53,188 bases of DNA from positions 15,306,597 to 15,359,784 of the forward strand of contig NC_057751.1 of the NCBI RefSeq assembly GCF_004010195.1, in the 5' to 3' direction. A program made the translations under genes and the position numbers. Shown piece by piece: positions 51,391 through 53,188 of this stretch. How positions within the stretch are numbered: the first letter of the stretch is position 1; each line of letters starts with the position of its first letter. Origin of the DNA: Chiloscyllium plagiosum (lineage: Eukaryota). Below the pieces are notes generated by a model that saw only the letters and a program-made list of their open reading frames with translations, was not told the DNA's origin and did not search any database.

Positions 51391-51563
51391 CTTTCCTTGT
51401 AGTCATCCGCCTGCAGCTGTCTCTCAATGCAATGCATTTGCTCCTTCCGAACAAAGTCACGGAGCCGGTGCAAGGCTGCTTCTCGGCAAAGCTCCCGTAG
51501 GTCACTGCCTGAGTAACCGGCCGTTTTCTCTGCTATTTCTTTCAGTCTCACATCACTGTTTAA
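51391..51563 (-). CDS. ATAD1: ATAD1/Msp1 family AAA+ ATPase (atad1a-like), penultimate coding exon (AAA lid region)
   Basis: Acceptor ttccttccag|TTA, donor AG|GTACTT, 173 bp. Translates LNSDVRLKEIAEKTAGYSGSDLRELCREAALHRLRDFVRKEQMHCIERQLQADDYKE; GYSGSDLxELCRxAA is the AAA lid motif. Confidence 0.9.
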
Positions 51564-53071
51564 CTGGAAGGAACATTTTAAACAGAGAGAAAAGGCTAAT
51601 CAATAAACACCTCCAAATTACATCAGAAATTGCCGTGGGTAACAGCTTAAAGCAAGGGAGAAGAATGAGACACGTACACGCTCACCAGAAAGGATCAACT
51701 TCAGAATCTCATGCCGCTGTCGCTGCCTCTGGGGGATTACATAGAAATGATTACTTAAAATGTTGCTGTAGAGACAGAGATGTTACCAATACTTTAATTC
51801 TTGCACTCACTAAAATGACACAAGAAAGCCAAATTTCAATTGAATTTCACAATGAGGAGACAAAAGATTGTTTGGCAAGTCGATTGTAATGGCTGAGGTA
51901 TTGTGACTTAAAGCATTGGGAAACTATAGCATTGAAAACATCCCACAAAGGCTTCTTGGAAATCGGGTACAAGGTTTGAACAGATTGCTTTTCTTTTGCA
52001 GAGAATGCCAATGAATTTATGTTGCTTTTAATGATCGTAAATGAGCTTTTTAATCTTAAGTTGGTTGCTAGTGTACCTATTGGCAGTCTCAATTGCCCAG
52101 CAAGGACTGTTCAATCATGCAATCACTTCTAACAATGAAGGTTTTGTCTTGGATTCTGAAAATGTGACCTGGTCGATTGCAGTATTTATAACCTGCATTT
52201 GAAAATTCAATAAATGATCACAAAGATAACAGATTTGGGCAGTGAAAGAACCTTATATTATTAATATCTTGCCCACATATGCCAGAACATCACAGCAACA
52301 GAGAATATTCTAGGCTTCTTTTTGCTTTAAAGGATGACCTATTGGTTGAAATGTTCTTTTGCAGAAAGCAAACCTGCAGAGAAATCTATTTTTCTCTTCT
52401 TTTCCTGAGACAGCCACAGAGAGTATGGGTGCATGTACGTACCTGACTTTTGGGGATATTGACAAGGAATTGCATTTCTACATTAGCGAGTGCGTATTTT
52501 AAATCAACTACAGCATTTTCATCGAATATGTTTTGCTTTGCGAATAAAACAATAACCGGTGTTTATTAAGAAACCGAATTGACATTGATATTGTTGTTAA
52601 AACCTGCCACATGTGGTATTTAAATGGTCAACTTGGTAACCGGAAGATTTGTTACGTTGCAACCATAGAACAATGGTATACATATCCAACTATGCCCGTA
52701 ACAATGACGACATCACAACAGCTCAAGAATGTACTGCCAAACACTCACGGGCAGGTCCACATGGAACGTACTGGGCATCCTTCTCAAGATGGCCGGATCT
52801 ACATCCTGAGGTCTGTTTGTAGCGCCCATCACAATCACCTACGGAAAACAGGAACTTAAGGCCACACGTCAAGCACAAAAACAGGAAATTGAAGGCTGTG
52901 AGATTTACTACATTTACCCTCTGAGAAACTGGGAAATGTGTATCTTGCTAATTAAGAGAAATGAATGTGAATGCTTTTACTGGTTGGACATTCCTTTATA
53001 GTCAGTGCTGTATCCAATTGTACTAAAGTTTCTTAACCCTGCTTGCAATACAGTCTGGATAAGAGCAATTG

Positions 53072-53188
53072 AGCTGAAAATGTATTGCTGGAAAAGCGCA
53101 GCAGGTCAGGCAGCATCCAGGGAACAGGAGAATCGACGTTTCGGGCATAAGCCCTTCTTCAGGAATGAGGAAAGTTTGTCCAGCAGGC
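53072..53188 (-). mobile_element. Penelope-like terminal repeat with an intact hammerhead core (truncated by the window end)
   Basis: The minus strand at 53166-53131 reads attc-CTGAAGA-a-GGGC-ttat-GCCC-GAAA-CGTC-gatt. Related to 8545-8630. Confidence 0.75.

Noticed and set aside
37651..51391. In-frame ATAD1-PRKG1 read-through fusion via the 37737 acceptor
   Set aside because: Splicing the phase-2 ATAD1 donor to 37737 hits a stop, and the kinase frame has a TGA upstream of its ATG.

Overview
Vertebrate genomic DNA, very probably from a shark: the repeats are HE1-like V-SINEs, CR1/HER1-like LINEs, Deu-domain SINEs and Penelope-like elements. It has three N-gaps. Two spliced protein-coding genes lie on the minus strand. 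(1) The last two coding exons of an ATAD1/Msp1 AAA+ gene, whose C-terminus resembles fish atad1a (51563-51391, 50099-49979). (2) About 12 kb downstream, the 5' part of a cGMP-dependent protein kinase I (PRKG1-type) gene, with both alternative N-terminal exons (alpha-type 37650-37391, beta-type 28913-28597) and common exons 2 (20343-20177) and 3 (3842-3729); the rest runs off the left end. Almost everything else is transposon-derived. Main leads: a compact, divergent, possibly paralogous PRKG1 that keeps the alpha/beta architecture; an alpha exon that looks internal and may be driven by a Gypsy LTR promoter; a Gypsy remnant with head-to-head LTRs; and Penelope-derived fold-back insertions carrying hammerhead-ribozyme cores. 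No prokaryotic-type system (CRISPR, operon) is present. Family assignments and comparisons with human or zebrafish proteins are from recall, not database searches.
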